Positions 47,193-57,253 of a stretch of 64,000 nt of DNA are shown one piece after another. Within the stretch, counting starts at the first letter, position 1. The number at the start of each line of letters is the position of its first letter. Made by a program: the position numbers and the translations under genes. The notes under the pieces are model-generated. The model was given only the letters and a program-made list of their open reading frames with translations, ran no database searches and had not been told where the DNA came from. This DNA comes from a virus (taxonomy: Duplodnaviria; Caudoviricetes), in IMG/VR virus record IMGVR_UViG_3300028832_000128, positions 1 to 64,000 of that record. One strand, 5' to 3'.

Positions 47193-49034
47193 TCACTGTA
47201 AAACACAGCGGGCACCGTAATACCGCCTCGCATAGTCAAGCCCGTCGACCAAATGCCAAGAGAAAGCCCCGCAAAGCGCCCCGTAGCTGCAATAGCCGCC
47301 ATACCAAGCCGACTTTTGTCCTGCTGACGCTGTTAAATAACTGTAGTCGTCGGTTAAATATTTTACGTTTTGCACTCTTGTAACACCGGTATTCGATGGC
47401 AAGAAAGCAAATAAAGCAAGGCTGCTTAAAGCTACAAACTTTTTATCCCATCCCTCGCTTGTTCCTATATTTCCTACAGCTGTCCAATTTTTATTGTTTG
47501 CCGTATTTGTGTAAGCGTAATCGCTGTTATTTGGTTTTGGATTAACATATACCGTAGCCACTCCGTCAGCAACAATGTTTTCCATACCGCCCACGGCTTT
47601 GTTTTCGTTAGCATACCACTCACATATACCCATAACTTTCATAGGTCTTCTTGTTGTTGTGGTTATTGCTCCGTTTGCCGTATAATATCCGTCGTCGCCG
47701 AGTATTGCGTCTGCTCCGCCGGAAGCCCTTAATCCTAAATATATTGTTTGGTTTACCGTAGTAGTAATTTCGGTATCGATATTTATTTTTTTACAAGCTG
47801 TTTCAACGCCGTCTATTGTTTCGGTAACATCTTCTACACTCGAAATTTTATATCCTGTTGACGACGTATTCACATAAACAATATTATTTGTAATATCTTG
47901 TTCCAAACTTGCAACCCAATTTGTAGCCAAAATTATTATGCTGTTTTCATTACTCTGAGCAACGGCAACTTTTGTTTCTTTCCATCCCTCGCTTATACCT
48001 TGTCCTACGGAATATTGCCAATTCAAACTTGCATATTTAACTATACCAAGTAATTGTATGGCGGTTATTTCGTTTAGGTTCATAAGTCTTTGCGTTTTTG
48101 CTCTGAGCAACGCCTCAAACTGTTGGTTTGTTTTATAAGTTAAAGGAATACAATCTTTTCTTACGCAACAACCATTGTCGTCTGCTCCCTCGGGATAACA
48201 TACCTCATACTTGCCGTAATAGATATATTCTTTTAAATTTCCGTCGTCGTCTTTAAACCCCGGAGCTACTTCATAACCTTGCTCAGGCGAATCACTAAGC
48301 CATATTTCAATACCGTCGTCGGTAATTTGGCTTTTGTGCCAAAATATTCTTTTAGCAACAAATCTATCCCATCCCTCGCTATTTTTGTATTGTTCAAACT
48401 CATAGGTTCCCTCTACATACATTGTTCTTACTTGTGTCTGAGGATTATAATTAACAATACAATCAAATTTGCTGTAAATAGGATGATCTTTAAAATCGTC
48501 TGTTCCTGCTTCTGTATCGGATGAAGGGCTAAAATCCATACTTGTAGCACCGCCAAGTCTTGTGATAGTTCCATCGTATTTAATCAATACACCCAACTTT
48601 GTAGCACTTTTATATACTTGTTCTATATGATTAAACACAAAAGCCGTCGTTGCTACTTTTCTGCTAATATCGTCCATCGGCTGAGTTACCGCTTTTAATT
48701 CTCCTGAAAAATCTTTGTTACCTGTTATCTCTTCGGTGCCTGTAATATGCACAAGGTTTGTTTCAGGTTGTCCTTGTAATTCTTCGCCGTTCCAATAATA
48801 GTAAGTTCCGTTATACAAGTATGCTATTCTGCTGTCAGGATCAACTCCGCTGTCTTTTGTTGTTGTTGTAAGTGCAGTATATATTTTATCGTTATAAAAC
48901 CATTTGCTGCCTCTTACATACGGTGTTGACGGTTCTTCGCCCATTGCAATTAAAGCAACAACTCCTACGTTTCCGCCGTTATTGCCGCCTACTCTTGTTC
49001 TTCCTGTATTTCTTACTCCGTCTTCATAACCCAT
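47193..49034 (-). CDS. DGR target protein B (receptor-binding, CLec-like VR)
   Basis: N-terminus shared with target A; ends GGYCSYGALCGAFSW...RYYGARCVLQ; start at ATG after gaggtg. Confidence 0.9.
   Translation of the reverse strand: MGYEDGVRNTGRTRVGGNNGGNVGVVALIAMGEEPSTPYVRGSKWFYNDKIYTALTTTTKDSGVDPDSRIAYLYNGTYYYWNGEELQGQPETNLVHITGTEEITGNKDFSGELKAVTQPMDDISRKVATTAFVFNHIEQVYKSATKLGVLIKYDGTITRLGGATSMDFSPSSDTEAGTDDFKDHPIYSKFDCIVNYNPQTQVRTMYVEGTYEFEQYKNSEGWDRFVAKRIFWHKSQITDDGIEIWLSDSPEQGYEVAPGFKDDDGNLKEYIYYGKYEVCYPEGADDNGCCVRKDCIPLTYKTNQQFEALLRAKTQRLMNLNEITAIQLLGIVKYASLNWQYSVGQGISEGWKETKVAVAQSNENSIIILATNWVASLEQDITNNIVYVNTSSTGYKISSVEDVTETIDGVETACKKINIDTEITTTVNQTIYLGLRASGGADAILGDDGYYTANGAITTTTRRPMKVMGICEWYANENKAVGGMENIVADGVATVYVNPKPNNSDYAYTNTANNKNWTAVGNIGTSEGWDKKFVALSSLALFAFLPSNTGVTRVQNVKYLTDDYSYLTASAGQKSAWYGGYCSYGALCGAFSWHLVDGLDYARRYYGARCVLQ
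47202..47302 (-). repeat. DGR variable repeat VR-B
   Basis: Adenine-biased divergence from TR-B. Confidence 0.97.
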
Positions 49035-49050
49035 TGTAACCACCTCTTTT

Positions 49051-49209
49051 TTAAAATCGCCAAGTAAGTTTTATGAATTTCCCGTCTATAAACTCGTTAC
49101 TTATTGGCATATATAACCTGCTTGTAAATTCTATTTTTGGCATATACGGACTGTTTTTGATTTTGTAATAACAAATTCCTGCTTTACCTACTTTCCACAA
49201 CCTAAACAG
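49051..49209 (-). CDS. 52-codon frame behind holin-like TGA (B)
   Basis: Homolog of 12277..12435, same length. Confidence 0.65.
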   Translation of the reverse strand: MFRLWKVGKAGICYYKIKNSPYMPKIEFTSRLYMPISNEFIDGKFIKLTWRF

Positions 49210-49584
49210 TCATTTAAAATCTTCATTGTTTTTGTATTGATCTAACACATCTTTAATATTTTTAAGTTCAATATTATCTGCAATTTCTTCTATAAGTTTT
49301 TTAGCTTTTTCAATTGTTGTAATGTCCGGAGCGTCTCCTTGTTCTTTTGTGTATGCTTCGTTAAATTTTCCAAGTGCATTACCAACAAACTTAACCCAAT
49401 TTACATTTGAGTTTTGCGGTATGATTTTTAACGCAAAACTGACAGCCTGATTAACATATTTATCCAATATAACATCGTCTGTCTTTGTTTCTGTTTTTCT
49501 TACAATCCAAATTCCGATTCTAACCAAACAATAAAATAAAATTACCCATCCGCCATTTATAAAAATCTGTTTTAAAAATTCCAT
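49210..49584 (-). CDS. Holin-like membrane protein
   Basis: Homolog of 12436..12816. Confidence 0.5.
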   Translation of the reverse strand: MEFLKQIFINGGWVILFYCLVRIGIWIVRKTETKTDDVILDKYVNQAVSFALKIIPQNSNVNWVKFVGNALGKFNEAYTKEQGDAPDITTIEKAKKLIEEIADNIELKNIKDVLDQYKNNEDFK

Positions 49585-49619
49585 ATCTTTACTTGTCTCC
49601 TTTTTTATTTTTTTTATTT

Positions 49620-49901
49620 CTACATTTCTTGTTCTAATTGTTTTAATTCTTTCAAACTTTTTACTTGCTCGATTTTACTTAAATCACTTTTTAAAACTTT
49701 TATGTCGTCAAACTCTACCGTCATTGTGTATCTGTCTCCGTCTTCTTCCTGATAATGCGAAACGCTTTTAACTCTGCCATACCCTTTTACAACTACTTTT
49801 TCATTAACTTTAAAATCGGGTATATTTTCTACTTCTTTGTTGTCTAAATAAATACTTTGTTTTGGTTTTTCTATTTCTGCTATCTTTTTGTCTTTTGACA
49901 T
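49620..49901 (-). CDS. Hypothetical head-module protein
   Basis: Homolog of 12849..13127. Confidence 0.7.
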   Translation of the reverse strand: MSKDKKIAEIEKPKQSIYLDNKEVENIPDFKVNEKVVVKGYGRVKSVSHYQEEDGDRYTMTVEFDDIKVLKSDLSKIEQVKSLKELKQLEQEM

Positions 49902-49924
49902 CTGTTTACATCTCCTTTATTTGT

Positions 49925-49958
49925 AAAAGAGCAAGAGAGAAAATCTCCCTTGCTCTTT
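49925..49958. terminator. Terminator after capsid gene
   Basis: aagagcaag...cttgctctt stem. Confidence 0.75.
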
Positions 49959-49965
49959 GTTATGT

Positions 49966-51129
49966 TTAGGCAGTTGCACCGCAAAGGATGTTTACACCAA
50001 ACACGCCGTTCAATGTCTTTGCCACAAACGGAACTTTATAACCTACCGTTCCGGTCATTTCCAAAGGTTGTGCCAAATCTTGAGGATTTTTAACAATGAT
50101 TTTTCTCTTTACTCCGTCAAGATCTACAACGCCGAATGCTTCTCTTCCTAAAAGTGTGATTACGTGCACAGCACCTGTTTCACTTGCTACGCCCGCAACT
50201 GATTCTCTATACACTTCTGTTGCAGAAACAAACCTTATTCCATACCATTCGCCGAGTTCGCCTTCGTATATATCTTTTTTATCCTGATACTTCTTAACAT
50301 CTTTCCATTCGGAATCGTTCATAAAATCGTATTCCGTGTCAGGATCAACAATACATACATATTTTCCATCTTCGAACGGCATAGCTTTTGCTCTTTTGAG
50401 ATCTCTTCTTGCAAGTTTAATTGCGGTAGAAGAAAGCACATCGGTTGCAGCAATACCTGTTCCTACAACAACTCTAAACGAAGCACCGGAAGGAACGGCT
50501 ACAGGCAAAGCGTCAACGGTTAAAGTATCTGTTGAAGCGTCAAAGTCTGTAACTTTTACGGTAATACCGTAGTTCGGCTTTGTAGGATCTGTAAATGTTA
50601 CATATCCGCCGTTCCAGTGATCATTTGATTCGGTTAAAGAAGAAGAAATAATTGTTGTTTTTGTTCCTGCTGCAGTAGAAACAACATCTTTTTGATATGT
50701 TCCGTCTGCGTCGGCTCTTCTTCTGATAAAACCTGTTCCGATTTCGTCATTGATTAAACTATTGATTGTTTCGCCGCATGCGTTTGCCACAATATCAACT
50801 TTCTCTTTTACACCTTTATCGAGTGCGGTAAGAGAAGCGATTTCGGAAATTTCAACAACATCGCCATACCAGTTAATATTTGCAGATATTTCCTGCTGTT
50901 GTAGGGCTTTGTTGGTTATTCCGCCTGTTGCCGATTCCTGAAGAGGAGTTTTGTTTTTAGGTAAAGGTTGGTAACGAGTAAAATATATCGTTTTACCTTT
51001 TCCTTGTTCGAGTGTTCTTTTTTGTGCAAATTGCTCAGCTACCATTAAAGGTTTTGCCATAAGCAACAATCTTTTGTCATAATAAGCCTGCACAAAAGGG
51101 CTTAAGTTGGATGTAGTTGTTACTGACAT
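49966..51129 (-). CDS. Major capsid protein (N4 gp56-like)
   Basis: Start set to ATG after ggaggg; 387 aa as in A. Confidence 0.85.
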   Translation of the reverse strand: MSVTTTSNLSPFVQAYYDKRLLLMAKPLMVAEQFAQKRTLEQGKGKTIYFTRYQPLPKNKTPLQESATGGITNKALQQQEISANINWYGDVVEISEIASLTALDKGVKEKVDIVANACGETINSLINDEIGTGFIRRRADADGTYQKDVVSTAAGTKTTIISSSLTESNDHWNGGYVTFTDPTKPNYGITVKVTDFDASTDTLTVDALPVAVPSGASFRVVVGTGIAATDVLSSTAIKLARRDLKRAKAMPFEDGKYVCIVDPDTEYDFMNDSEWKDVKKYQDKKDIYEGELGEWYGIRFVSATEVYRESVAGVASETGAVHVITLLGREAFGVVDLDGVKRKIIVKNPQDLAQPLEMTGTVGYKVPFVAKTLNGVFGVNILCGATA

Positions 51130-51207
51130 GATAAAATCCCTCCGTTTAATTTTTTTTGCAATTCTTAAAATCTTGCTTTTACTGCTTACTTCTTCGCTCA
51201 ATTTAAG

Positions 51208-51307
51208 ATTGTTCTGTAAAATAAACAGAGGTCTTTTATTTTTGAGTTTTTATTTTAAATTTTTGTTAGCAGTTTAAAGGATTATCTGTAAGCAAACTTA
51301 CAAGGTC
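51208..51307 (-). promoter_or_regulatory. Two GACC-hairpin-AYAATC motifs (B)
   Basis: See 14434..14524. Confidence 0.6.
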
Positions 51308-51337
51308 CCGCTATCTGCCAAACAAATTTTTAAATTT

Positions 51338-52342
51338 CTAATTCATACTTTTTTCAAGTTCTTCTAATTCTTTTTTGTTTTTAACTTTATTAATCTTTTC
51401 AATTATATCGTTCTCGTTCGTAGTCGTTTTAGTTGGTGCCGCTGCTGCTGCCGCAACTTTTTGTTTGTTTTTCTTTTCTTGCTCTATTTTAAGTATTCTT
51501 TCTTCTTCAGCTTTACGTCCTTTTAAAATATCCTTTACTATATACAAAGATGTTATTTCCGGATATTCGTCAGTTATTTTTTTACAGTCTTTTGCAAACT
51601 CTTCTTTTTCTTCTTGGCTCATACCTTTGGTTATATCATCCCATTCGGCTTGAGCTTTTTTTTCAAAAGCAACTTTTTGTTTTTCAATCTCTGCTTTTTC
51701 GTCTTTATTATCTTTTGGTTTAACGTCAATTTGAAGTTTTTTAACAATATTTTCAATAGCCTCGATAGGATTATTCATAAATTCTTCGTTAAACTTATCA
51801 ATCATTTTTTGTTTTTCTTCTTCAGTCGGTTCATTCTGTTTGTCTTCCACTTTTTTAACAGCTTGCTCCAACTGCTCAAGTCTTTGTTTTAACTTATCGT
51901 TTTCAGCTTTTACATCGTTTCTTTCTGTCAACGCCGAAGATTTACTTTTTTCAGCCTGCCTACCCCATTCAACCACATCTTCGATATATTTAAACTTTTC
52001 CGGTATGTTATATTTTTTTCTTATATCATCCGTAATAGGAGTTTTCTTTTTTGTTTTTTCGTTGTTTTTATTATCACTATTGTCGGCATTATCCTCATTA
52101 TTGTCAGTATTATCATTGTCGTTATTTTCGCTACCGTCTTGATTGTCTTCGTTATTATCTTCGTTATTGTCTTCTGTGTCGTTGTTATTTGCATTGTTGT
52201 CAACATTATCATTATTATCAGCGTTTGGCGGCGTATCATTGCTACCGCCGTTATCTTTATTTTCTTCTGTTATTTGTGTTTCAAGCTGTTCAAGTTCTTC
52301 AACACTTTTTGCTTTACTTATTTGGTTTTCAATTCCCGGCAT
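51338..52342 (-). CDS. Capsid scaffolding protein
   Basis: Homolog of A; start at ATG after aaggagacag. Confidence 0.75.
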   Translation of the reverse strand: MPGIENQISKAKSVEELEQLETQITEENKDNGGSNDTPPNADNNDNVDNNANNNDTEDNNEDNNEDNQDGSENNDNDNTDNNEDNADNSDNKNNEKTKKKTPITDDIRKKYNIPEKFKYIEDVVEWGRQAEKSKSSALTERNDVKAENDKLKQRLEQLEQAVKKVEDKQNEPTEEEKQKMIDKFNEEFMNNPIEAIENIVKKLQIDVKPKDNKDEKAEIEKQKVAFEKKAQAEWDDITKGMSQEEKEEFAKDCKKITDEYPEITSLYIVKDILKGRKAEEERILKIEQEKKNKQKVAAAAAAPTKTTTNENDIIEKINKVKNKKELEELEKSMN

Positions 52343-52577
52343 TTTCTGTCTCCTTTGATTCATTATTTAAATTTTTAATACTTAAAAGCTCAAGTATTAA
52401 CAAGTTATAACTTTTAACTTTGCTATACTCGGCAAAAATTTTATTACTATCTTCATAACTTAACATTTTGTTTAAACATTGCTGTTTTTTTTCTTCTAAA
52501 AAAGAAATTAAAACAGTTCCTTCTTCTTTGTTTAATATCTCATGTAAAACAACTCTTTTTCTGTCTTTTTCTGTCAT
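52329..52577 (-). CDS. Hypothetical head-module protein
   Basis: Homolog of 15561..15803. Confidence 0.65.
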   Translation of the reverse strand: MTEKDRKRVVLHEILNKEEGTVLISFLEEKKQQCLNKMLSYEDSNKIFAEYSKVKSYNLLILELLSIKNLNNESKETENAGN

Positions 52578-52831
52578 TGTTGTTTATGCTCCTGTGCTTT
52601 TATATCAGCTGACAATTGTTTAATTGCAACTGTCAATTCTTCAATGTTTTTCCAACTGTTATTAACTAATTCCTGTTGCTTTGTTATAAAATTCATAAGC
52701 TCGGTTTTTTCGTTTTTTGCGTCTTGTCTAATGGAATCAATGTAATTCATACCCCATTTTGCAACCGCCACAACAAGCATTGCAAAAATACCAACAACAC
52801 CAAAATCTTTTAATAATGTTGTAAAATCCAT
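52574..52831 (-). CDS. Holin-like protein
   Basis: Homolog of 15796..16053. Confidence 0.55.
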   Translation of the reverse strand: MDFTTLLKDFGVVGIFAMLVVAVAKWGMNYIDSIRQDAKNEKTELMNFITKQQELVNNSWKNIEELTVAIKQLSADIKAQEHKQQ

Positions 52832-52839
52832 TTTTTTAT

Positions 52840-53136
52840 TTATCCCCAAAACTCAATTAATACAGAACATGTATTTGCAGCTTTTATCCTAAATGTTCTA
52901 TCAACTCCGTCTTGCAAAATTCTCGGCTCCAATATTCCGGCAACAGCAAATCCGCCTGCGGTCAAAGTATTGTCTCCCGGTGTTCCCGGATCAGCGTCTA
53001 CATTAAAAAAAACCGTATCCGTTTCGCAAAAAACTTTTACACCTTTTGCGTCATTAGGGATTTTTATACTTCTGATAGCAGTGCTTGCCTCAAAATATCC
53101 AAAACTACATTTAGCATTACTTAAATCTCTTATCAT
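52840..53136 (-). CDS. Hypothetical protein
   Basis: Homolog of 16060..16356. Confidence 0.7.
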   Translation of the reverse strand: MIRDLSNAKCSFGYFEASTAIRSIKIPNDAKGVKVFCETDTVFFNVDADPGTPGDNTLTAGGFAVAGILEPRILQDGVDRTFRIKAANTCSVLIEFWG

Positions 53137-53162
53137 TGTGTTTTACTCCTTAAATAAAAATT

Positions 53163-53363
53163 TTATCTTTCCCAATTTACAGGAGCTAAACATACGGGAC
53201 ATTCTGTTTTACCGCTAATAAGTTCGGCTCCACATCTTCCACATTTTTTTTGCGTCTCTTTTGTTTTAGGTTTTTCTTGCTCAATATCGTTTGTTGGATT
53301 TACTCCGACCTCTTCCATTACTGTTTTTTCTTCTTGTTTTTGCTCTTCTTTTTTCTTTGCCAT
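53163..53363 (-). CDS. Small zinc-ribbon protein
   Basis: CGRC...CPVC; start MAKKK. Confidence 0.65.
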   Translation of the reverse strand: MAKKKEEQKQEEKTVMEEVGVNPTNDIEQEKPKTKETQKKCGRCGAELISGKTECPVCLAPVNWER

Positions 53364-53377
53364 AGTTTTTTTCTCCT

Positions 53378-53782
53378 TTATATAATTTCTATATGAGGAA
53401 TATCTGAAAATTTTTCGTCTTTTGTTTCTCCGTTTCTGTTCCAATCTCCGCCCCATCTGAAATTTGACGTTATAAGTCCTAAGCTTTTAAATCTTTCAGC
53501 TACTCCTAACCAATATCCAGCTAAATATGCAAACCTTTCTCTATTCTTCCAATCAATCGGATAAGGAGCAATATCAATCGCCTGTGATGGAACAAGTAAA
53601 TGTTTAGAGTTCATTGTTTTACTTTTACCTTCTTTTACATACTGTGCCTGTTGTTCTTTTGTTCTTATAGTAGAAGATAAAATAGTAAAATCTATTTTTT
53701 CTATAACAACCATAGCAACAACTTGTATATCTCTATGGCATTGTCTAAGCAACGAAAAACTTTGTTCTGAAAACTTTGGCAT
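53378..53782 (-). CDS. Endolysin, M15 family peptidase
   Basis: Near-identical to A copy. Confidence 0.88.
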   Translation of the reverse strand: MPKFSEQSFSLLRQCHRDIQVVAMVVIEKIDFTILSSTIRTKEQQAQYVKEGKSKTMNSKHLLVPSQAIDIAPYPIDWKNRERFAYLAGYWLGVAERFKSLGLITSNFRWGGDWNRNGETKDEKFSDIPHIEII

Positions 53783-53786
53783 AATA

Positions 53787-54062
53787 TTATTCCTTTGTTC
53801 CCACAAAATTCATAACGGCATTTACCGCCGTTTTTATCTGTTCAAAACTAAAAATTTTTTCTCTCATTAAAGCCGTTTTTATTTTACTTTTAATTTGTTT
53901 TGCGGTTTCTCCGCAATCTTTATATTTACATCCTTTACAATCGTTTTTACTGTCAAGCCACACTTTATCATGATTGCAAAAATAATCTCCCTCAAAAGTG
54001 TCAAATTGTCTAAATATACAGTCTCCTTGTTTTACTTCTACAACAGCATATTTTTTAACCAT
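53787..54062 (-). CDS. Hypothetical protein
   Basis: Homolog of 17085..17363. Confidence 0.65.
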   Translation of the reverse strand: MVKKYAVVEVKQGDCIFRQFDTFEGDYFCNHDKVWLDSKNDCKGCKYKDCGETAKQIKSKIKTALMREKIFSFEQIKTAVNAVMNFVGTKE

Positions 54063-54639
54063 TTTTATCCTCTTGTAAAATAAAATGTTGCTTGCATTTT
54101 TGACATTGAAAAATATATCCGTGCACTACTTTATCAATATAAAATTCATTGCCACACTGACACTTAAGCGGCTGATTTATATTTGTTTTATCATTAAACC
54201 TTACAACTATACATTTTTCTCTTACAAAGACTTCTTTTGTTTCTACATCGTCGTTCGGCTTATCTTCGTGTTTTCCGCAATGACACGTTCCGTTCGTATT
54301 TTTTTCTGTTGCATTATTTAAAATATCTTCCAAAAATAAAGCCTCAAGTAAAATCGAATAATTGATAGTGTCGCCTATTTTTTCGTCAACCATACTTACG
54401 CTTGGTAAAATACCGTATTTTTCCCATTTTTCAATCATATCAACAACGCTTACCAAATGTTTGTTTAGCATACCGAGTAAAGCGTATTCTTTTGTCTCAC
54501 ATCTAAAAATCTTTCTTGCTTCGTTAAAATTATGCAATCTGTCAATTCTGCTTGCATATTCTTCGGCTTTATTACCTAAAACATTTTTTATTTTTTCTAT
54601 ACGATTTTTTACTACTTGTTCAAATTTTTCGTCTGTCAT
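54055..54639 (-). CDS. MazG-like/DUF1599-type protein
   Basis: Homolog of 17356..17946. Confidence 0.5.
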   Translation of the reverse strand: MTDEKFEQVVKNRIEKIKNVLGNKAEEYASRIDRLHNFNEARKIFRCETKEYALLGMLNKHLVSVVDMIEKWEKYGILPSVSMVDEKIGDTINYSILLEALFLEDILNNATEKNTNGTCHCGKHEDKPNDDVETKEVFVREKCIVVRFNDKTNINQPLKCQCGNEFYIDKVVHGYIFQCQKCKQHFILQEDKNG

Positions 54640-54881
54640 TATTTTGTCTCCTTAAATTCAAACCCTAATAATTTACAAATATTTTCTGCTGTTTCTTTTT
54701 TTACTTTTTCAAAATCACAAACTACAACAAACCTGCCTTTTTCATATCTGTAAATTCCGCTCATGTTAAAATAAATATTTTTCTTAAACAAAAAAGAAGC
54801 ATTTATTTTTTTAATATAACACTCTCTATATCCGTTATCTTTTGCAACTTCGGCAATTTTTACAAACTGTTTAAAAGTCAT
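54639..54881 (-). CDS. Hypothetical protein
   Basis: Homolog of 17943..18188. Confidence 0.7.
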   Translation of the reverse strand: MTFKQFVKIAEVAKDNGYRECYIKKINASFLFKKNIYFNMSGIYRYEKGRFVVVCDFEKVKKETAENICKLLGFEFKETK

Positions 54882-54982
54882 TATTTTAATATCCTCTTAT
54901 TTTTTATTTTTCTGCCTGCCGTTTTGGCTCCGCCAGAAAAAGTTAAAATAACGGAGCCATGCTGTATTTTAAGGAGACAGCA

Positions 54983-55381
54983 TTAAAACGGCGGTATATC
55001 GTCTTCCTCAACGGCTCTGTTATCTTGCTGTTGCGTGTCAGACTGTGCCGTATTTTCGGAGTTTTTCTTTTCAACAATAACTTTCATAACCCTGTTTGCC
55101 GAAATTTTAATATACGTCCTTTTTTCTCCGTTATACTCTTCAGTATTTGTTTCAAGTTTTCCTGTAACAATAACCGGTTCTCCTTTTTTTAATACTATCG
55201 GTTTCCAAATAACACAATTAAAAAAATAAGCTCTGTTTACCCATTCGCCCGTATTTTTGTTTTTGTAATCGTCATTACAAGCTATCGCAAAACTTGTAAG
55301 CTCTTTTCCTGAGTTAGTCATTCTTTGCACACTATCGGCAGTAACTCTGCCTGATAATGTTACACTGTTTAAATCAACCAT
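54983..55381 (-). CDS. ssb: Single-stranded DNA-binding protein
   Basis: OB-fold start; EEDDIPPF tail. Confidence 0.92.
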   Translation of the reverse strand: MVDLNSVTLSGRVTADSVQRMTNSGKELTSFAIACNDDYKNKNTGEWVNRAYFFNCVIWKPIVLKKGEPVIVTGKLETNTEEYNGEKRTYIKISANRVMKVIVEKKNSENTAQSDTQQQDNRAVEEDDIPPF

Positions 55382-55425
55382 TTTGTTTCTGTCTCCTTTT
55401 TTTAAAAAACTTTTTCTATGTTTTT

Positions 55426-55501
55426 CGCTTTCTGTAGGATTCGAACCTACACTCCCAAATACACCGGTTCTTTGGTGTTCTTCCGTCTAAACTAAGAAAG
55501 C
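55426..55501 (-). tRNA. tRNA-like element with non-canonical anticodon arm (B only)
   Basis: GCTTTCT/AGAAAGC acceptor, GTAGG-TTCGAAT-CCTAC T arm, D arm with GG; CCAAA/TTTGG stem encloses 11 nt. Confidence 0.55.
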
Positions 55502-55502
55502 A

Positions 55503-55760
55503 TTATATCGGCAACAAATTATTTTGTATAAAAGCGTATAACCTGTTATAACTCCACCCGAATTTATCGGCAATCTGTTTTGTTGTATATTTCTTATACA
55601 ATCTCATATACAAATCAATATGTTTGTCTTTTAAATTTGCCTTTTTATCCATACACCGCCTAAACGGTCTATCTATTTTCTTTCTTAATTTTGCACAATA
55701 AAAGTAAGTTCCTTTTTTACTATCTTCCACAGTGGCAAAATTACAATCAATACAATTCAT
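55503..55760 (-). CDS. Cys-cluster plus HTH protein (B only)
   Basis: CIDC...C...C then YTTKQIADKFGWSYNRL. Confidence 0.65.
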   Translation of the reverse strand: MNCIDCNFATVEDSKKGTYFYCAKLRKKIDRPFRRCMDKKANLKDKHIDLYMRLYKKYTTKQIADKFGWSYNRLYAFIQNNLLPI

Positions 55761-56391
55761 CTGCTTATCCTTTTAAGTTGCTTTTTAAGCCGAGAAAAAA
55801 AGAAAAAATATATTTTATCGTCGTAAATTTAAGTTGCTGGCAAGTTGCTTTTTTGCAAATTATCAATATTGATAATCCGCCCGGCTTTAAAAAAAATTTT
55901 TTCAAAATCTACCACTTAATAAAAGGCTTTTAATTTCTTAAAAACTCGAAATTATCAAAACTGATAAAATTAAAAACGCCGTTGGTTTGATTCGAACAAA
56001 CATCGTCAATTGTCTAAATCTATCGGTGGACAGATTTAAAGTCATTGAAATTTTAACCGCTTAAACTACAACAGCATTAATTTATACCAACAAAGATAAA
56101 TCTCTTAAAATTTCAGCCTTTCCGTTAGCCCAAAACAAAATTAAATTGTTTTTATTACCTTATTATCTCGCTTTTTATAAAAAACTCTCTGTAAGGCTGA
56201 CATTTTATAAGCCGGAGCCGCTGTCGGGACCTACCGGCAACCGTGTCCGGTGCCGAACTTGATATTATGTTAAGTTCAGGCGTCAAATTCTTTGTTTTAT
56301 CGTCGGAAACTTTGCTTTATTTTTGCTTGTTTGTGTGTCTGATATGGCTTGTGCGATTGTTTGTTTTGTCTGATCCTGATACAGACATCTA

Positions 56392-56420
56392 TTGACATTT
56401 TAAAACTTATCATGTAAAAT
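56392..56420 (+). promoter_or_regulatory. Antisense sigma70-type promoter (B)
   Basis: TTGACA-17-TAAAAT. Confidence 0.7.
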
Positions 56421-56569
56421 ACATATATGCACGATAAATTTACTTTTTATCACACGCCAAATCAGTTTAAAACATTCCTTAAAAGGTCAAATTCAACCCT
56501 TTAAAATAACTACCGCAAAAACGAGCTTTGTTCCTATAACTCACGTTATGTTAAGTTGCCAAAGACCAC

Positions 56570-57181
56570 CTAATTCATTAAATTTGATTCATTTTTCAAT
56601 ATATTTTTAATTAAAACTTTTGTAACTTTTGAATTATCTTCGTTTTTTTCGTTATTTTTTTCAAAATTAGCACTCTCAAAACTTGTTGAATTTTCAATAC
56701 TTTTTTGGTTTTGTCGTTTTCCGTCGGTTAAAATATCTATAATTTCGGCTTTACTTGTCATTTTTACGGTCTCAGTGCGTTGCGTTACTCCGCCTGAAAG
56801 CAATTGAATTTTATCTATTGCTATAGCCATCGCCATAGCTAATTGACTTAATGAGGCTTTTTCTCTCTTCTTTTTAAGCCCTATTTCCGTCAATATATCC
56901 TTTGTTATATCTTGCAGACTCTCGACGGTCTTTGTCGCCCAATTTTTTGTTGTAGCAAGGACGGTGTCTCGAATTTCCTTTTTTACCTGTCCTATTCTCT
57001 CCCCAAAGAGCCTGTTTATCTTAGTTATTGTATCAGGCGACACTTTGTGTTTTTTTGCAATTTTGTCGTGCGAAACAAGCCCTATGCAAAGGTCAGAAAC
57101 TATTGCATTGACTGTTGTTTCAGGGAGATTAATTTTTTCTAAATTTTCAGTATTTTCCATATTATTTTTTATGCACGACAA
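56570..57181 (-). CDS. Putative terminase small subunit
   Basis: N-terminal part identical to A, C-terminal part diverged. Confidence 0.5.
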   Translation of the reverse strand: MSCIKNNMENTENLEKINLPETTVNAIVSDLCIGLVSHDKIAKKHKVSPDTITKINRLFGERIGQVKKEIRDTVLATTKNWATKTVESLQDITKDILTEIGLKKKREKASLSQLAMAMAIAIDKIQLLSGGVTQRTETVKMTSKAEIIDILTDGKRQNQKSIENSTSFESANFEKNNEKNEDNSKVTKVLIKNILKNESNLMN

Positions 57182-57253
57182 CCTAATATTTTTAACTTCT
57201 AAAATCTTAATTTTATAGACGATAAAATCATTATACCGGTATCAAATACGGTA

